Source: the human T2T-CHM13v2.0 reference genome, Homo sapiens
Assembly (NCBI RefSeq): GCF_009914755.1
Contig: NC_060947.1
Length of the DNA stretch: 64,000 nucleotides
Strand: one strand, 5' to 3'
In this document: positions 1 to 14,927 of the stretch, in pieces
Layout of the letters: the number at the start of each line of letters is the position of its first letter
Position numbering within the stretch: the first letter of the stretch is position 1
Translations under genes and position numbers: made by a program
The notes under the pieces: model-generated
Seen by the model: the letters and a program-made list of their open reading frames with translations, nothing else
What the model was told of the DNA's origin: nothing
Databases searched by the model: none

Positions 1-772
1 AGATTCTATTGAATATGTCCATCTTTAAAAGGAAAATTTGCCCAATTGCATTTAAGTTTACAAGTGGTGGACTCTGGGTGGCTGCTACTAATTAGTCGAC
101 ACCCTGAAGCTGATGTTATGGAGCGTTCTATTTTTCTCCCTCTCCATTCTCCTTAACCTCATCTCTCCTCAACACTAGGCTTTTGGCTGGGAATAGCCAT
201 GCTTTTACAACATAAGACACATCATCTTCTAGAACACTGCTTTTTCCTTGAGATTGCTATTGTCATATTGTAAACTATAGCAGTGTTCATATTTGTTTGA
301 TTTATTCTTATAACATTCATAGGTGAGGGCCTGTTTTTTGTGTCTCTAAGCTCCAGGAATCTTGCATGAAGCTGAAGATGATCTGGCTCTCAGCATGTGA
401 AACCTCACAAAATACCCTTCTGGCTCTCATCATCCTTCACCTCAGTGAGACCTCAACTGGCTGCTGCTGAAAATAATGCAACAGAATCAGGAAAGAGATG
501 TTCTGCATGTATTTTGGAACAAGGGAGAGCAGATTTCGTTAGAATTTAATCCTGTTGGAGAAAATGGATTGATATAGCTGAGTTCAAAGGGAGTTGGGAA
601 AATAGCATTAAATTTTAGAGATTATAGCAAGTTTGTTTAATTTCATTTACTAATTTATTGACCAAATAGTCATTGATGGCCTAGTGTGTGTTAGAAACTA
701 TAATTATATGTTGTCATCTGGTGCACACATTATAATCCAACTGGGTGAGTTTGGTTAGATAAGAGAGCCTAA

Positions 773-1097
<325 letters not shown>

Positions 1098-1348
1098 AAG
1101 AAATCCTAATTTGAAATACAGTGTAGATCAAGGGTGTCTCTGTACCCTTGCACATAGTGTGCCCTTTGGATAAACCCAATTGAAATAACATCAAGATCTA
1201 TTCTTGTAATTCTCGGAGAAGTGTCAAAGAGACTTTCATGAAAGGCCTTGAGTGACTGAACTGCTCATCACATTAGTCCCAATGGAAGTGAATGGGCAGT
1301 GGCAAATATTAGGAAAGTGCAGGCAGGGCTTTTCTGATTGCCTACTGA

Positions 1349-1700
<352 letters not shown>

Positions 1701-3032
1701 ACAGGCATTTTCTTGGTTGCCCACAAGCCTGACTGAAAGACCACTGGGCTGTCTTGAAGAAAGACAGTGCTTGAGGGCAGGGGGTGTTGGTTACACACTC
1801 TAGCCCTCAGCCTTGGGCTGCCCCCATCCCAAGTCCCTTTCCAGTCAACAGTGGATGAAGAACAAAATGGATTCCAAGGACAGACCTCAGGGGCACCAAG
1901 CTCTGGATGGTGCATCTCTTGGGAGGAATAAGTGGGTTAAAAATAGAACTGGACTGGGGCGAGCACTCTTGGGAATGCCTCTGGGCCCCTCCTCTCCCTC
2001 TTGGTGTGTTCACTACAGGCTCTCTGCTCCCCAAGGCAGCTGCTGCAAGGCAAGAAGGGAGCCAGGGGTGGTTAGTTAGATCTACCTCAATCTGAGCTAA
2101 AGGTGTCCTCGGGTTACCCCACGAGATCCCGCCCAGCTCACCACGATCAACCTTTGTCAAGGGTTTTCTGATCCTAACTAGTACTAAAGAGTGTGCCCTT
2201 GACTGCTGTGTCTTCTGTGTAGTGTGTATGTCAGGGCGGTTTGCTCAGAGGTGGCAGCTTAAATCTGTATCTTCCCTCCATCCCACTGAAGTTCAATCTC
2301 ATTCATTACTGGAGGGCCCTTCCTCTTCCGACCAGTTACCCAAGGATTAGGGGCACCTCTGTGGGGTCTTCAGTACATCGTGATTGTTCCTGCTACCCTC
2401 ACTGTCCACATGGTTTCTTGAAGATGGGACTGCTCCAGGGCAGGCTGCTCCAGGGATGGTGGGGCATGAGAGGTCAGGTGAGGAAGATGCTTCTTCTACC
2501 TAGGCTTGGCGCTCTGATGTCTGGGATCCAGCCTCCTGTGTACCACTAAGCCATTTCCCTGAGTCCTGTCTCCCTGAGGTCCCCTGATGTCCCATGTGCA
2601 GAAACTTCCCTTGTGCATTTCTGCCTGCCAAGTCACTGTCCCCTCTCTCCTATGCATAATCCTATCAAGGTGTTTAGGATTCTGGAAAACAGCCAGGCTG
2701 TAGCCTGTCTGCTCACAAGACAAATGTTCCCTGAGGTGAAGGGAAGTGGAGGCTGGCTACCTGCTTGGTATGGGCACAAGAATGGGGACAGAGAACAAAA
2801 GTGGCCCTGCCCCACCAGCATTCTCACTTCCCTGACAGTCACGATTATCAGGAGAGCCTTGGTTACTTACTTTGGAGTGCTGGAGGGGAAAGGGTCCATC
2901 AGAGACATCAAACCCAAAGCTAGGGTTTCTGGATTGGCAGCTAAGGTTTTGTGATACTCGTGTGCTGATAGCTCCTTGGAATTTTTGGAAGATAGGACAC
3001 AGAGACTTGGAAGTGTTATAGTACATTTTAAT

Positions 3033-3181
3033 GTGGTTCTCAATGTGTGGTTTCTGGACCAGAAGCATCAGGATCTTGTTACAAATGCAAATTATCAGGC
3101 CCCACCCAGACTTCCTGACCCCAGAAGTTCCGGAAGTGGGGCCCAGCAGGTGTTTCTGATGCACACTGAAGTTTGAGAACT
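3033..3181. mobile_element. MER5A-like hAT-Charlie DNA transposon
   Basis: gtggttctcaa...tttgagaac terminal inverted repeats, MER5-type core. Confidence 0.75.
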
Positions 3182-3454
3182 TTTGTTTTCATCCATAGTG
3201 TAATGTGAACAAATAACCCTAGTTCTCATTATAGTTGGTTCATTTAGGGCTTCACAATATACTCTGATGTCCACTGGAATGTCTGAAGGTCTGTGCATAG
3301 CTTTTTATATAGCTCAGTGTGATTACCCAACATATCAGGGCTTTTTTCACAGTAACCTGCCTGAATCTTTGTCCAGAATCACTAAAATTGGCTGTCAATT
3401 CTCCCTTCATTCGGGGATGGGGACATGTAGCTAAAGGCAGTAAGTGAGGTGTTT

Positions 3455-3910
3455 GTGGGAAGAGCCTGAGCTTTGGCACCAGAGAGAACTGGGTTCAAAT
3501 ACCTGCTCTGCTATTCACTAGCTGTGCAACCTTAAATAAGTTTCTGAATTTCTTCAGGCCCCAAAAAGTGTTGGTTGCCTTCCCCTACTCTCGGGATTCT
3601 GTTTGTGATGCTGGGGTAATGAGTATAAGGGATGCCTCTCAATTGCCTACTCATACAATTGAGTGCCTTCTATGTGAGACTTTATGGCCATTATCCTGTT
3701 GGTAACCATCACATCTCTGTAAAGTTATAGGTATAATAGCTACCCCCGCCCTTTAACAGTTCTTCAAGGAGAATATTCTACTCTATTTTACAGACGGAGC
3801 AACTCAGTCACCTACCCAAAGTCATTCAATTGGGAGTTGGTAAAGCCTGGGTTCAAACTCCAATTTGCCTGGCACTAAACTCCATGCTTTTTATACTATA
3901 ACACAGTGCC
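3455..3910. mobile_element. Two MIR fragments in opposite orientations
   Basis: ctgggttcaaat...ctagctgtg..ccttaaataagt core and a reverse core near 3780-3900. Confidence 0.65.
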
Positions 3911-5380
3911 TTAACCTTTTACCCTTACCAATTAATAGCAGTTAATAGGGTATGCCAATACCTTGACCCATAAAATTGACACTAATGGAGGAAATTTGAG
4001 TCATAGAGACAGTATGGTAGAAAGGGAAGTGGGTTGACATGCCAAAAGTGTCAGGCTTCGTTGCTATGGATAGTATTGGTGCTAGGAAAGGAAATGGCAG
4101 GGGAGGGTTGGGGACATGGCTCCTAGGGGTGTTGGCCTGGCAAAACCTGCAGAGACAGAGATGCAGGAGATGGACAGCATGTGATGGTTGGCATGTCCCC
4201 TATCCCCACCCCCACCAAGGCTCTTGCCATCAAAACTTCCACTCTCATTCAGCTGCGAGCAGTGGCTCCAACTCAGACCCTTACTGTGGAAACCTCTGCA
4301 GATAATATGCAGGGATGGGGAGAAGCACCTGTCAGGCATCACAGAAGAGAACAATAGATTGATGGATACGTATGCTTCTGTATTCCTGTGGGGGCGTGAG
4401 AGCTGCGCGTGATCAAGGCTAAGTGACTGGACTAATGAACAATGTAAAATAAAGGAATTTTTCTTGATAAAAACATGTTTCAAATGAGGAGAGTGCCCTG
4501 ATATCTGGTAGAAGTGGAGGCTTTGTCCTCTCACGGGGCCAGCTCTCACTTACATGCAGAATGCAAGAAAGAACCAGGCCAACACCCCTAGGAGCCATGT
4601 CCCCAATCCTCTCCTTCTGCTAATTCCTTTTCGAGCGCCAACTCTAGAAACCAAGACACACAGGAAAGAATCAAGGAGATTTAAATCCACTCTCTTGGGA
4701 AATCATTTTCCTGAGACCCTTCTGATTATCAAAATAGACTGCATTTATCAAAAAAGAACTATGAAAAACAATTCACACCATCCATAATCCCAAAACCTGG
4801 AGGTGACTGCTGTTTATACTTTGATGTATTTACTTTATATATACTCACCTATTTACAGATATACGTACATATATATCAAGACAGGACACAGTACACATTC
4901 TGTTGTGGCCTCAACTGTAGAAGTAATGGCTCCAATCTGGAGCCTCCTGTGGTGGACTCTGTACCAAGCCTGTGGTAAGGTATAAGGATAGGGAGAAACA
5001 CTTTTTGGGTGGTAGACGAGTAGTTAGATGTAGATATATAGAGAGATAGAGAGATAGGGGTAGAGAAATTTACTTACCAAAACAGAATGGCACATATTTC
5101 TTTCCGACGTTCATTTTTCTCTTAACAGTAAGACACAAGCACAGTGTCATATTCTTAATTTTTGATGTCGTGATATTAAATGGCTTTGTAACATTTTGTC
5201 ATGTCAACATTTCACAATATACTTACCTAGTTCTATCTTACTGGGTACTTAGATTGTTTCCAAATTTTTATTTTCACTCCCAACATCGTTAGTGTGCAGT
5301 CTTCCGTATCATGGCCAAGAGTGAATATTATCACTAAAAATATCTTAGCCAGTTTGAAAGATATCTTGTTTTAATTTATA

Positions 5381-5612
5381 CAGGCTGAACATCTGTAATC
5401 CAAAAATCCAAAACCCGAAACGCTCCAAAACCCAAAACTTTTTGAGTGCCGCCATGATGCTCAAAGGAAATGCTCGTTGGAGCAGTTCAGATTTTTCAGA
5501 TTAGGGATGTTCAACTGGCAAATATAAGGCAAATATTCCAAAATCTAAAAAAAAAAAATCTAAAATCCAAAACACTTCTGGTCCCAAGCATTTCAATGGG
5601 ATACTCAACCTG
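5381..5612. mobile_element. Tigger4a/MER46-like TcMar DNA transposon
   Basis: caggctgaacatc...atactcaacctg terminal repeats, internal aaaatcc repeats, preceded by TA. Confidence 0.8.
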
Positions 5613-6104
5613 CGTTTCTTTGTTTACTAGGGAGATGGAACATTTTTTTCAAGTTGCTTATCTATTTGCAATCCTTCTGGCATGACTTTGCTATTCATGT
5701 CCTTATTCCAGCTTATTCAGGGAATATTCATCTTGTTTGTATTTATTTGATAGTAAAAATATCACCTTAACTCTTTGTTATATTTAAGATTGCAAATACT
5801 TTCCTTTGTTTGTAGTTTACCTGTAAATTTGTGTCTGGTAGCATTTTAGTGGTCAGATATATTAAATGTTTTTATATGGAAATCTTTTTTTCCACTGCCA
5901 TTTCTTCTTTTTCTTCTATTCTTAGGAAGGTCTTTATTTTGAGATAAAATAAACAGCCATTATATTTGATTCTATATCTTTTATAGTTTTTTTTTAAAAA
6001 CTTAACTCTAATTATCCTTGAATTTATTTTGGTATTGTGAGGTAGGCGACTAAGTGTATTTTCTCCCAAATAACTAACCTAGTATCTTAGTATCTCAGCA
6101 TCAT

Positions 6105-6417
6105 ATTTTTTCTAATTTATTTTTTTGAGACAAGGTCTCCCTCTGTTGCCCAGGCTAGAGTGCGGTGGCATAATCATGGCTCACTGCAACCTCAAACTCC
6201 TGGGCTCAAACAATCCTGCCACCTCAGCCTCCTGGGTTGCTGGGAATACACGCATGTGCCACCACGGCCAGCTAATTTTTTTTTATTTTTTATTTTTTGT
6301 GGAGATAGGGTCTTGCTATTTTGCCCAGGCTGGTCTCAAACTCCTGGCCTAAAGTGATCCACCTGCCTTGGCCTCCCAAAGTGCTGGGATTACAAGCATG
6401 AGCCACCATGCCTGGCC
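6105..6417 (-). mobile_element. AluJ
   Basis: Dimer; TSD ctcagcatcat. Confidence 0.93.
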
Positions 6418-6487
6418 CTCAGCATCATTTTTAAACGTTCCATTCTTTCCCCACTCATCTGAAAACAACATCCTTATCAAATACCAA

Positions 6488-6488
<1 letters not shown>

Positions 6489-6519
<31 letters not shown>

Positions 6520-6590
6520 GCATACTGTATATACATAATGTATATACACATACACGTACATACTGCTGTATATATTTGTGTGTATACTGT
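6489..6590. repeat. (TA)n/(CA)n low-complexity tract
   Basis: Seen directly. Confidence 0.85.
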
Positions 6591-6778
6591 GTCTTGTCCT
6601 TTGAACTGTTGCTCTATTCTTATACCCACCTAACACCTGATTCTAGCTTTCTAATACATTTTAGCAAATGCAGTGCACGTTATTATTCATTATTCATTTT
6701 TCCCTAAACTTTCCTTGTAGTCATCACCCATGTATTCTCTCAGTTGAAGCTTTATAATCTAATTCTGTATTCCTTTGA

Positions 6779-7154
<376 letters not shown>

Positions 7155-7318
7155 TCTTTTTTTCTTTTTAACCCAGTCTGAGTAGATTTCTGTTCCTTAA
7201 GGTTTTATCTCACCTTACTCTCTCTCTCCACTTCCTCTTTCTATGATATTATCTGAACAGCTGACATCTGTCATCTTTAGAAAGAAGTCCAGATTAATAT
7301 AAATAAAAAGCTAACATT

Positions 7319-7475
7319 GGCCGGGTGTGGTTGCTCACGCCTATAATCCCAGCACTTTGGGAGGCTGAGGCAGGCAGATCACTTGAGGTCAGGAGTTCGA
7401 GACCAGCCTGGCCAACATGGTGAAACCTTGTGTCTACTAAAGATACAAAAACAGACAAAAATTAGCCAGGCGTAG
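7319..7475 (+). mobile_element. AluS left half (3'-truncated)
   Basis: Left monomer ending shortly after the A-rich linker. Confidence 0.88.
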
Positions 7476-7486
7476 CAAAAGGGTCA

Positions 7487-7897
<411 letters not shown>

Positions 7898-8439
7898 TTC
7901 TTGAAACCCTTCCCAAAAGGCCTTAGATTTGGGAATAGGAACTGTGTATTAATAAGGTTCAGAACCACCTGGCAAAGATAGTTGAGTGTCATGGTTACAA
8001 TGCACTTAAAGCTGAGGGATGAAGGGAAGGGGTATGAATGGTATTAAGGAAAGTGAGAAGAGAGACAGTTCCATTTAGTTTCTTAAACACACTAATGCAC
8101 AGTCAAAATGATTCATGGTACAGAAGAGTTTGAGAGCAGAATGACAATGATATGTGATCAGAATAACTAGATGAGGCTACCCTGAAAAAAGTGACATTCG
8201 GGCTTAATATTACTGATGAGGTACAGTGCAAACTGGCCTTGGTTTTGATCTTCCAAAAGGCATGCTGCCACAACATCCATCTGCCCCACAAGTGGGCTGG
8301 ATAAAACTCAAGTTATTTTAAGAATATTGAAGAATATTTATAAGGCAACTACATACAAGATAGAAGAGTACAGAAGTCAGATTTCTGTAACCATTTAATG
8401 TAAGGCATGTGCTTTAAAAAAATCTATTGCTTCTGCAAA

Positions 8440-8665
8440 AGGCAGATGTATAGTGGTTAACTGCATGGTCTTTGGCGGGCAAACAGAACTGGGTTCAAAT
8501 GTCCATTTTGCCACTTAATCCTGTGTGACTTTGGTTAAGTAACCAACTCAAGCCTCAGTTATCCCATATGTAAACTGGAAATGATACCCCCAACCTCAGA
8601 GAGTTGGTGTATTAAATGAAATAAGGTGTTTAAAGTGCACAGCACTGTAACTGCTCAATAAAATT
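8440..8665 (+). mobile_element. MIR
   Basis: tagtggttaa...ctgggttcaaat...ctgtgtgactttgg...gcctcagtt...aaatgaaataa. Confidence 0.8.
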
Positions 8666-9631
8666 ATGGATTTTTCCTACTAAAGATGCATTGTATGGCA
8701 AGATTTCTCCTGTTCATTATGCATACCTCTTGAAATTAAAGGGACCCAAACTTACACTGCTATCAAAATACATGCAGACAGTAAAAACAAAGGAAAGGAA
8801 AAACATTTCATCAGAATTCTAAAGGCAGTTCTGGCATTCAAAAAGTATACACATTGAAGTTAAAAAGATGACCCTCCAAGTTGACTTTTTAGATACACTG
8901 TAACCCTCACAGCAACATATATCGAACCACTCTTCCTAATTATCAGTCAACTTAAAGTGCTTCTTTCAGAGGCCTCATGAGGTGGCAGTTATGAAGGCCA
9001 TTTTTTGACTTAATTACAAGCTATTAAACGTCTTTCAGAAAATGAAACCCTATTATTCTGGAACTATGGAGGGAGCCAATGTCTAATTCCTTCTCCCACC
9101 AAAAATACCTCTCATGTAAAAAGGAGTATGTTTATGTATGTGTTGTTGTTTTATCCAATTATATAAAAATTAAGCATTAGACTAGATTGTAAGGAATTTA
9201 AAGGAAATTCACAAAATGGATAGCTCCTCCCCTTGCCCCACCATATCCCTGAGGTATATCTCACTCAGAATGAAATGAACTTCAACAATTAGTATAGTTC
9301 ATCAATGCAGACAGACATACGCGGAAAGTACGTTTGTTATGATGTTCTTACATTTGTTAGATTTCCATATTTTGTTTTTGATGTTTTCTTGTAATTTCCA
9401 TGACTAAGTAGGTCCCCCTATTTGAGGTGTCTGTACTAAAGGTTCTGTACTAGTGCCTTCCTAATGACGGGACTTGGTTAAGTTGCAGATCTATGAGATC
9501 CTATGATTCCTGTTGACAATCCAAGAGACTAGAATTCAAGAAACTTAGATTATACAATTAAGTCTAAGCTCTTAAGGCTGAGCATATGGAATAAAAATGA
9601 GGTTATCCATAGTGGTATGGAATGTATGATC

Positions 9632-9637
9632 TTTATT
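9632..9637 (-). terminator. LAMP2: Distal poly(A) signal AATAAA (long 9A/9C 3'UTR)
   Basis: tttatt on the + strand at the end of the repeat-poor 3'UTR block. Confidence 0.65.
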
Positions 9638-11948
9638 AATTTTTAATCCATCAATCTAAAATCACACATACTAGATCAAACAGAAGTACCACAGTATGCT
9701 TTATTTTGCAGGTATTAATTGGTTCTCTAAATCGATACATCCAAAACTTTAGTTAGCAGCAAGCATCAGTTCTTCCAAAGCAGCTTAGGTGAAAAACAAT
9801 TGTTTACATTCACCAGTTCAAAGTCGTACTGTCTGATCCACTGTTGTATTGACATAAAATTGAACTCAGTAGGCAAAGCTAATTGAACACTCAGCTCATA
9901 GATTTTGAGCTTCCTTTATCTTATTGGAGTTGAAGCAGTTTTTAACCCTCTGTTAATATTCTCTATTTTAATTCTCAAAGAATTAAACACACATATTTTC
10001 TAATTAATTAAGATAGAGCCATGATAACTATTGAGGAATTAGTGATATTAGTCTCATACCCAAAAGGTAGAACACTTTTAAATGAACCCATAATTTTGAA
10101 TGTATCTGAATTTCCAGTTTATATGCTTAGCAAGGTCACAAGCTGATTTTATTAATCTGGCTTCTAGATAATCATCTCAAAAATATGTATTGAAACAAAG
10201 CCACTGTTTTTTATGATGACATCATTTTAACCAAATGCTTTTATAACAAATAAGCAGTTGTTCTCAAAAGAGAACATTTTAAAAGAAAACATTCTTTACA
10301 TACTTAGCAAATAGAGGAGAGTGTGAATCTGTATGTCAGAGCTATAGAGTTCTAGAGGAGTTGTAGTTGAGCAATCTAACTTTCTACTCCAGTTTTTGAG
10401 ATGTACATGTTTTTGAGATGTACATATAGAGAAGGCAGTAAAGAAAGATCTTGATAAATTTTCTTTAACAAAAATTTGTAATTCCAGTTATTGGCAAAGG
10501 GTTCTGGCATGAGTTAATGGCAGCAATACAGTGGTGAGCTTCTGCATTGTGCTGAGAGGTAGATTGGGACTTAATCCTTGGAATGAATAACCAACTCACT
10601 TTATTTAAGGTTCAGGCTTAATTTTTTTAATCCAAAAAAAATTTCTGAAGTGAAGGCAGATCTTTGGGAACTTTTGTTTTTAGTTAAATGTAGAGATAAA
10701 ATAGCTTGATAAAATAAACATCTGCCTTATACTAATGACAGGTGTACAAAGCAGCCATTTGAACCCTAGACAACTTCAACACTGCTTCCAAATAAAAGGG
10801 CAATTCAACAGCTGAACCAATCAAGCAGACACAGGGATGAGTGGTCTCCAGTACCTTACTCCAGAAGCCGGAGCCATTAGCAGTCCCTACAGGGATATAA
10901 GTCTATATCAAGATCAACAAATGTACAGAATAATCTTAGTCCAGCTTTGGCTAGGCAGGCATCTGACTGATGACATATCAGGGCCCACTAACCTCTAGAG
11001 TAAGCACTTGTTGCTGTGAGAAAAAAGAAATCAATATATTAAAAATATCAACTAGAGCATATTCACATAGGGAATGGGAGAGTGCAGGAGGCACACAAAC
11101 AAAGTATATAGAGTTTTTGTTTTCAGTGCAGGATAAATGAACCTTCTTAACAAGTTAAGGCTCTGAGGGAAAAAAACTTTCTAAACCATAACCTTAATAA
11201 ACCATAACCCATACAGGTGTTCCAAATCAACACCTTTTTTAAAAAAAGCTGGAGGTCTTACTTCATCCTTCAGTATAAATGTCAAGTCTGAGATAATCAG
11301 TATATTCCAAACTCTAGAACAACAACAACAAAAAAAGAAATCTCCTTGTTAAAATATAGTAGCTATTAACAGTAATGAAGAAGACAGCCAAACTTTTGCT
11401 ATTAAATACAATATCATGAAGCCATTTCTTTCTTAACTAACAGAAAAATACAGATTTAAATAATGCTGATCAGGAGGTGGGGAAAGGAAGTCTTATCATG
11501 AACCAAATTTCGTGTCTGCCACCAATGAAAATGAATCCACTATGTTCTTGAATTTATTTCCTGAAGCAAGTTAAATTCTTTAACACCTTTGATTTTGCAA
11601 ATAACATCAAAGTAGTAAAATATAAGTAACTGTAACATATAAAATTACACATCAGCAAAAATGCTTTCATAATTGGATCCAGGGGCTTAAAATCATTATT
11701 TACTTAAAAAATTCTAAGCCACAATTTTTCTTTTAATTATACTTTAACAAAGGAAGAAAAAAAACAGAAAAAAATTGGTCCTAATATATTTTGTCTTAAA
11801 TAAGTGTACTCATGCCCAAGTTAGCTAGGAACTCACTGAAGTTAGTCTGCATATCTTAAACAATCTATTGCACAGCATGTCCTGGCTTTTAGCCAATGGA
11901 AACGTAACTTCTAATTGAAAAAAACAAACAAACACTAGATTTAACTGA

Positions 11949-12091
11949 TTACACAGACTGATAACCAGTACGACTTTTCCTTCTTCCAATCATATAAGAG
12001 ATAAAGACAACAATTATAAGGAAGCCCAAGGCCACACCCACTGCAACAGGAATAAGAAAGTTGAGGTCAGAGTCAGCAGAACATTCTTCAG
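11949..12091 (-). CDS. LAMP2: LAMP2 terminal exon 9C (LAMP-2C: AEECSADSDLNFLIPVAVGVALGFLIIVVFISYMIGRRKSRTGYQSV*)
   Basis: aacag acceptor, 143 nt to TAA; TM segment plus GYQSV; 411-aa product. Confidence 0.97.
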
Positions 12092-12529
12092 CTGTTAGAA
12101 AAGAACAGACAGCAAGGAAAGGAAATTAGCAAAGAATGCAATTAAGTAGTAAAAAGCATGCAAGAAACATGCATTTTGAAAGTGTACATAGCTTAGTTTT
12201 TTATAGCATTACCTCTATTTTCTTATTTGCTCAATATCTCATTATCACTTTATCTAAAATCACACGAAATTCCTCAGTACGAAAAGCAGAAGGTAAGGGA
12301 AGAATGGGAAGGGTCCAAAATAGAGAATTGCGCTTGCCTAATATGGGAAGACTTTAGGTTTGATTATCTAATGACACTGGGTTAAGGAGCCATCATCTAC
12401 ACTTAAAACCACTGCCTGTGTATTTCCCTACTCTCTTTCTCTTCGTCACACCTATAATTAAAGTATAAATAAGAATTCTGTATAAGTAATAAAATTTAAG
12501 TTAAAAAAGACTTAGGATCAAGAATGTAG

Positions 12530-12652
12530 TATATATATACATATATATGTGTGTGTATATATATGTGTATATATATGTATATGTGTATATATATGTGTGT
12601 GTGTATATATATGTGTGTGTGTGTACATATATATATATATACACACACACAC
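12530..12652. repeat. (TA/TG)n compound microsatellite
   Basis: Seen directly; explains ORFs 12501 and 12547. Confidence 0.9.
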
Positions 12653-12749
12653 AATTATTTTTAGCTGAGCGGTGGCCTGGAAGAATAACAGCAGTATCTA
12701 ATGCGTTGCAGTCCATTCCACCGAACCACCAGGAAAGCAACATGTGCAA

Positions 12750-12960
12750 TGTAGATTTTGAGTTCTGGATTCAGACAGAACTGTGTTTAAATCTTGACTC
12801 CTTCCAGTACTAGCCAAAGGACCTTGGGCAAGTTATTTAAACTGGGCCTCACTTTCCTCATCTGTAAGAAGGGGATAATAATACCTATAAGGTATTTGAG
12901 GATTAAATACAATTACATTTCTAAAGCATCTGATACACATCAAGAGGTCAACAAGTATTC
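12750..12960 (+). mobile_element. MIR
   Basis: gaccttgggcaagttatttaa...cctcactttcctcatctgtaa core. Confidence 0.8.
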
Positions 12961-14324
12961 ATTCTCTTCTCTTTTCCTCTTATGCTCATGATCCCATCTG
13001 AGGAGGATTAGGTTTTGAAGTAGCAAACAGAGATTAAAATAGAAGTGTTTTGGTATATTACTACTGAAAAAGCCCATATTAGTATTAAAAAAAAAACTTA
13101 AGCAAAACATAGTACGGAAGCCCAAAGTGCCCAATTCTGATCTCATAATTTCAAGTGTAAACCAGCTGTTGTTTTACTGTTGAGTGACTAGATTTCATTA
13201 GGGGCAATTTTTATCAAAATGCTAGTAATAGTTTTGTTGCCCACTTGATATGGAACCTCAATGAATTTCACTCCCCTTTCTGTAAATAATCGTTAAGGTC
13301 CTTTCCAGTAATAGCTAATGAAATTAACAAAATGTGTTATCTGGTGTGATTTATGATTAAGCAATAACTTGTACTTTTCTTCTAATTTTAACTTTTCCTC
13401 CTCTTGTACTTTTACCATTCATAAAAATGTTGCTACGGTTCTGAGTACACAACACTCATCTCAGTAACCACACATTAGCCTATGCTGAAAGAATTTACTA
13501 TATTTTACTGAAAGCTCTCAAAGACTGACAGCTGGGTAACAAGATACACTGTATTGTTAATCAGGAAGTTATAGAGACTCTGATCATGCCCCTATATACA
13601 TACAATGGGTTAATAATACTTCAATGTGGAAGTCTTCTAGTCTATTAAGCCTTCCTTCTTTATCTATGTTTCATGTCTGTGCTACTCTTATACCATGGAA
13701 TATGCTTCAACAAGGGCTGATTATCTAGCTCATTTTAATGCCAACAGCTTCTCTTTACACCCCCATCTATGCACTGCCCCACAGGGGCCATCTTGAAGAA
13801 ACAAGAGCCTAGTTGCTATGCTTCACTGCCTCCCTTCTGAGATTGCTGTTAGCTTACATTTCATAAGTACCACACTGATGACAACACTAAATAGATTTTA
13901 ATGCTCCAGAGATCAACAAGATGAGGTAGAGAAACACAACACAATCTGTCCTAATTAGTTCATAGAATATTTCTATCTTTCAATACTAATCAGGCATCCA
14001 AAGAAGAACAAAACAAGAAACAAAAAAGCAAGTGGCTAAATATGCTTGGATCTTTTCAGTCTATATTGCTGAAAAACAAACAATTATCTTAAAAACTCTA
14101 ATTACGAAGCCAGTTTAAGTTCTGTTGTAGCCTCTTGGGTCTGTATCATCCCTAGGGAAAAATCACAGGCTTGAGGTACTAACTTCATGCTTAACTTGAA
14201 CTCAGAGAAATCAGCAAAAGTCACATAACCTTTAAAATGCTGATGGTCCTGAGGACATTCTCTACTTCATTCAACTGAAAACCAAGTTTAAGCATATCTG
14301 ATGGGCATTTATACCACATCAATA

Positions 14325-14638
14325 TTTATTTAATGAACTTTATGCAAAGGCACATTGATGAGTTTAAATCACTATAGTCCTTATACATTGAAACAGAACA
14401 CCAGTAGTGAAATGACATTTATTAATTCCATTAAGACACAACTACATATTTTATTCTTATAATGGCCATGTTAATAAGTTCAAGGCATACTTCAAGGTTA
14501 GGATCAAAATTTGGCCAGGGCTTCTTAAGATAGACCTTAAAACATTGCACGTTGATGTTCTTTTGAACAAGTTTGTCTCCAGGACCAGTAAATATGACAC
14601 TTTGGATTTTAAGCTGATTAAAGAGAACAGGTTTTATT
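14325..14638 (-). terminator. LAMP2: Cluster of proximal AATAAA signals after exon 9A
   Basis: tttatt at 14325-14330, 14418-14423, 14450-14455 and 14633-14638. Confidence 0.55.
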
Positions 14639-14787
14639 AATAAAGACTGATCTCAAAATGCTGGGATTGATAAAAGAATTAAAGTTTCAACATATCAATT
14701 TTAAGAAGCAAAGTGTTTCAACAACTGAGAGGTAAGAAAATCTTGTTATTTGCATGTATTTTTATATAATCAATCAGGTTGCAGATT

Positions 14788-14927
14788 CTAAAATTGCTCA
14801 TATCCAGCATGATGGTGCTTGAGACCAATAAAATAAGCCAGCAACACTAGAATAAGTACTCCTGCCAAGGCAGCTCCCACCGCTATGGGCACAAGGAAGT
14901 TGTCGTCATCTGCACTGCAGTCTTGAG
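14788..14927 (-). CDS. LAMP2: LAMP2 terminal exon 9A (LAMP-2A, chaperone-mediated autophagy receptor: AQDCSADDDNFLVPIAVGAALAGVLILVLLAYFIGLKHHHAGYEQF*)
   Basis: tctag acceptor, 140 nt to TAG; 3' part of ORF 14788..15018; KHHH and GYEQF tail. Confidence 0.98.

Noticed and set aside
2080-2160. KVDRGELGGISWGNPRTPLAQIEVD on the minus strand
   Set aside because: Only a faint resemblance to a malate synthase segment, with wrong spacing and no convincing acceptor site.
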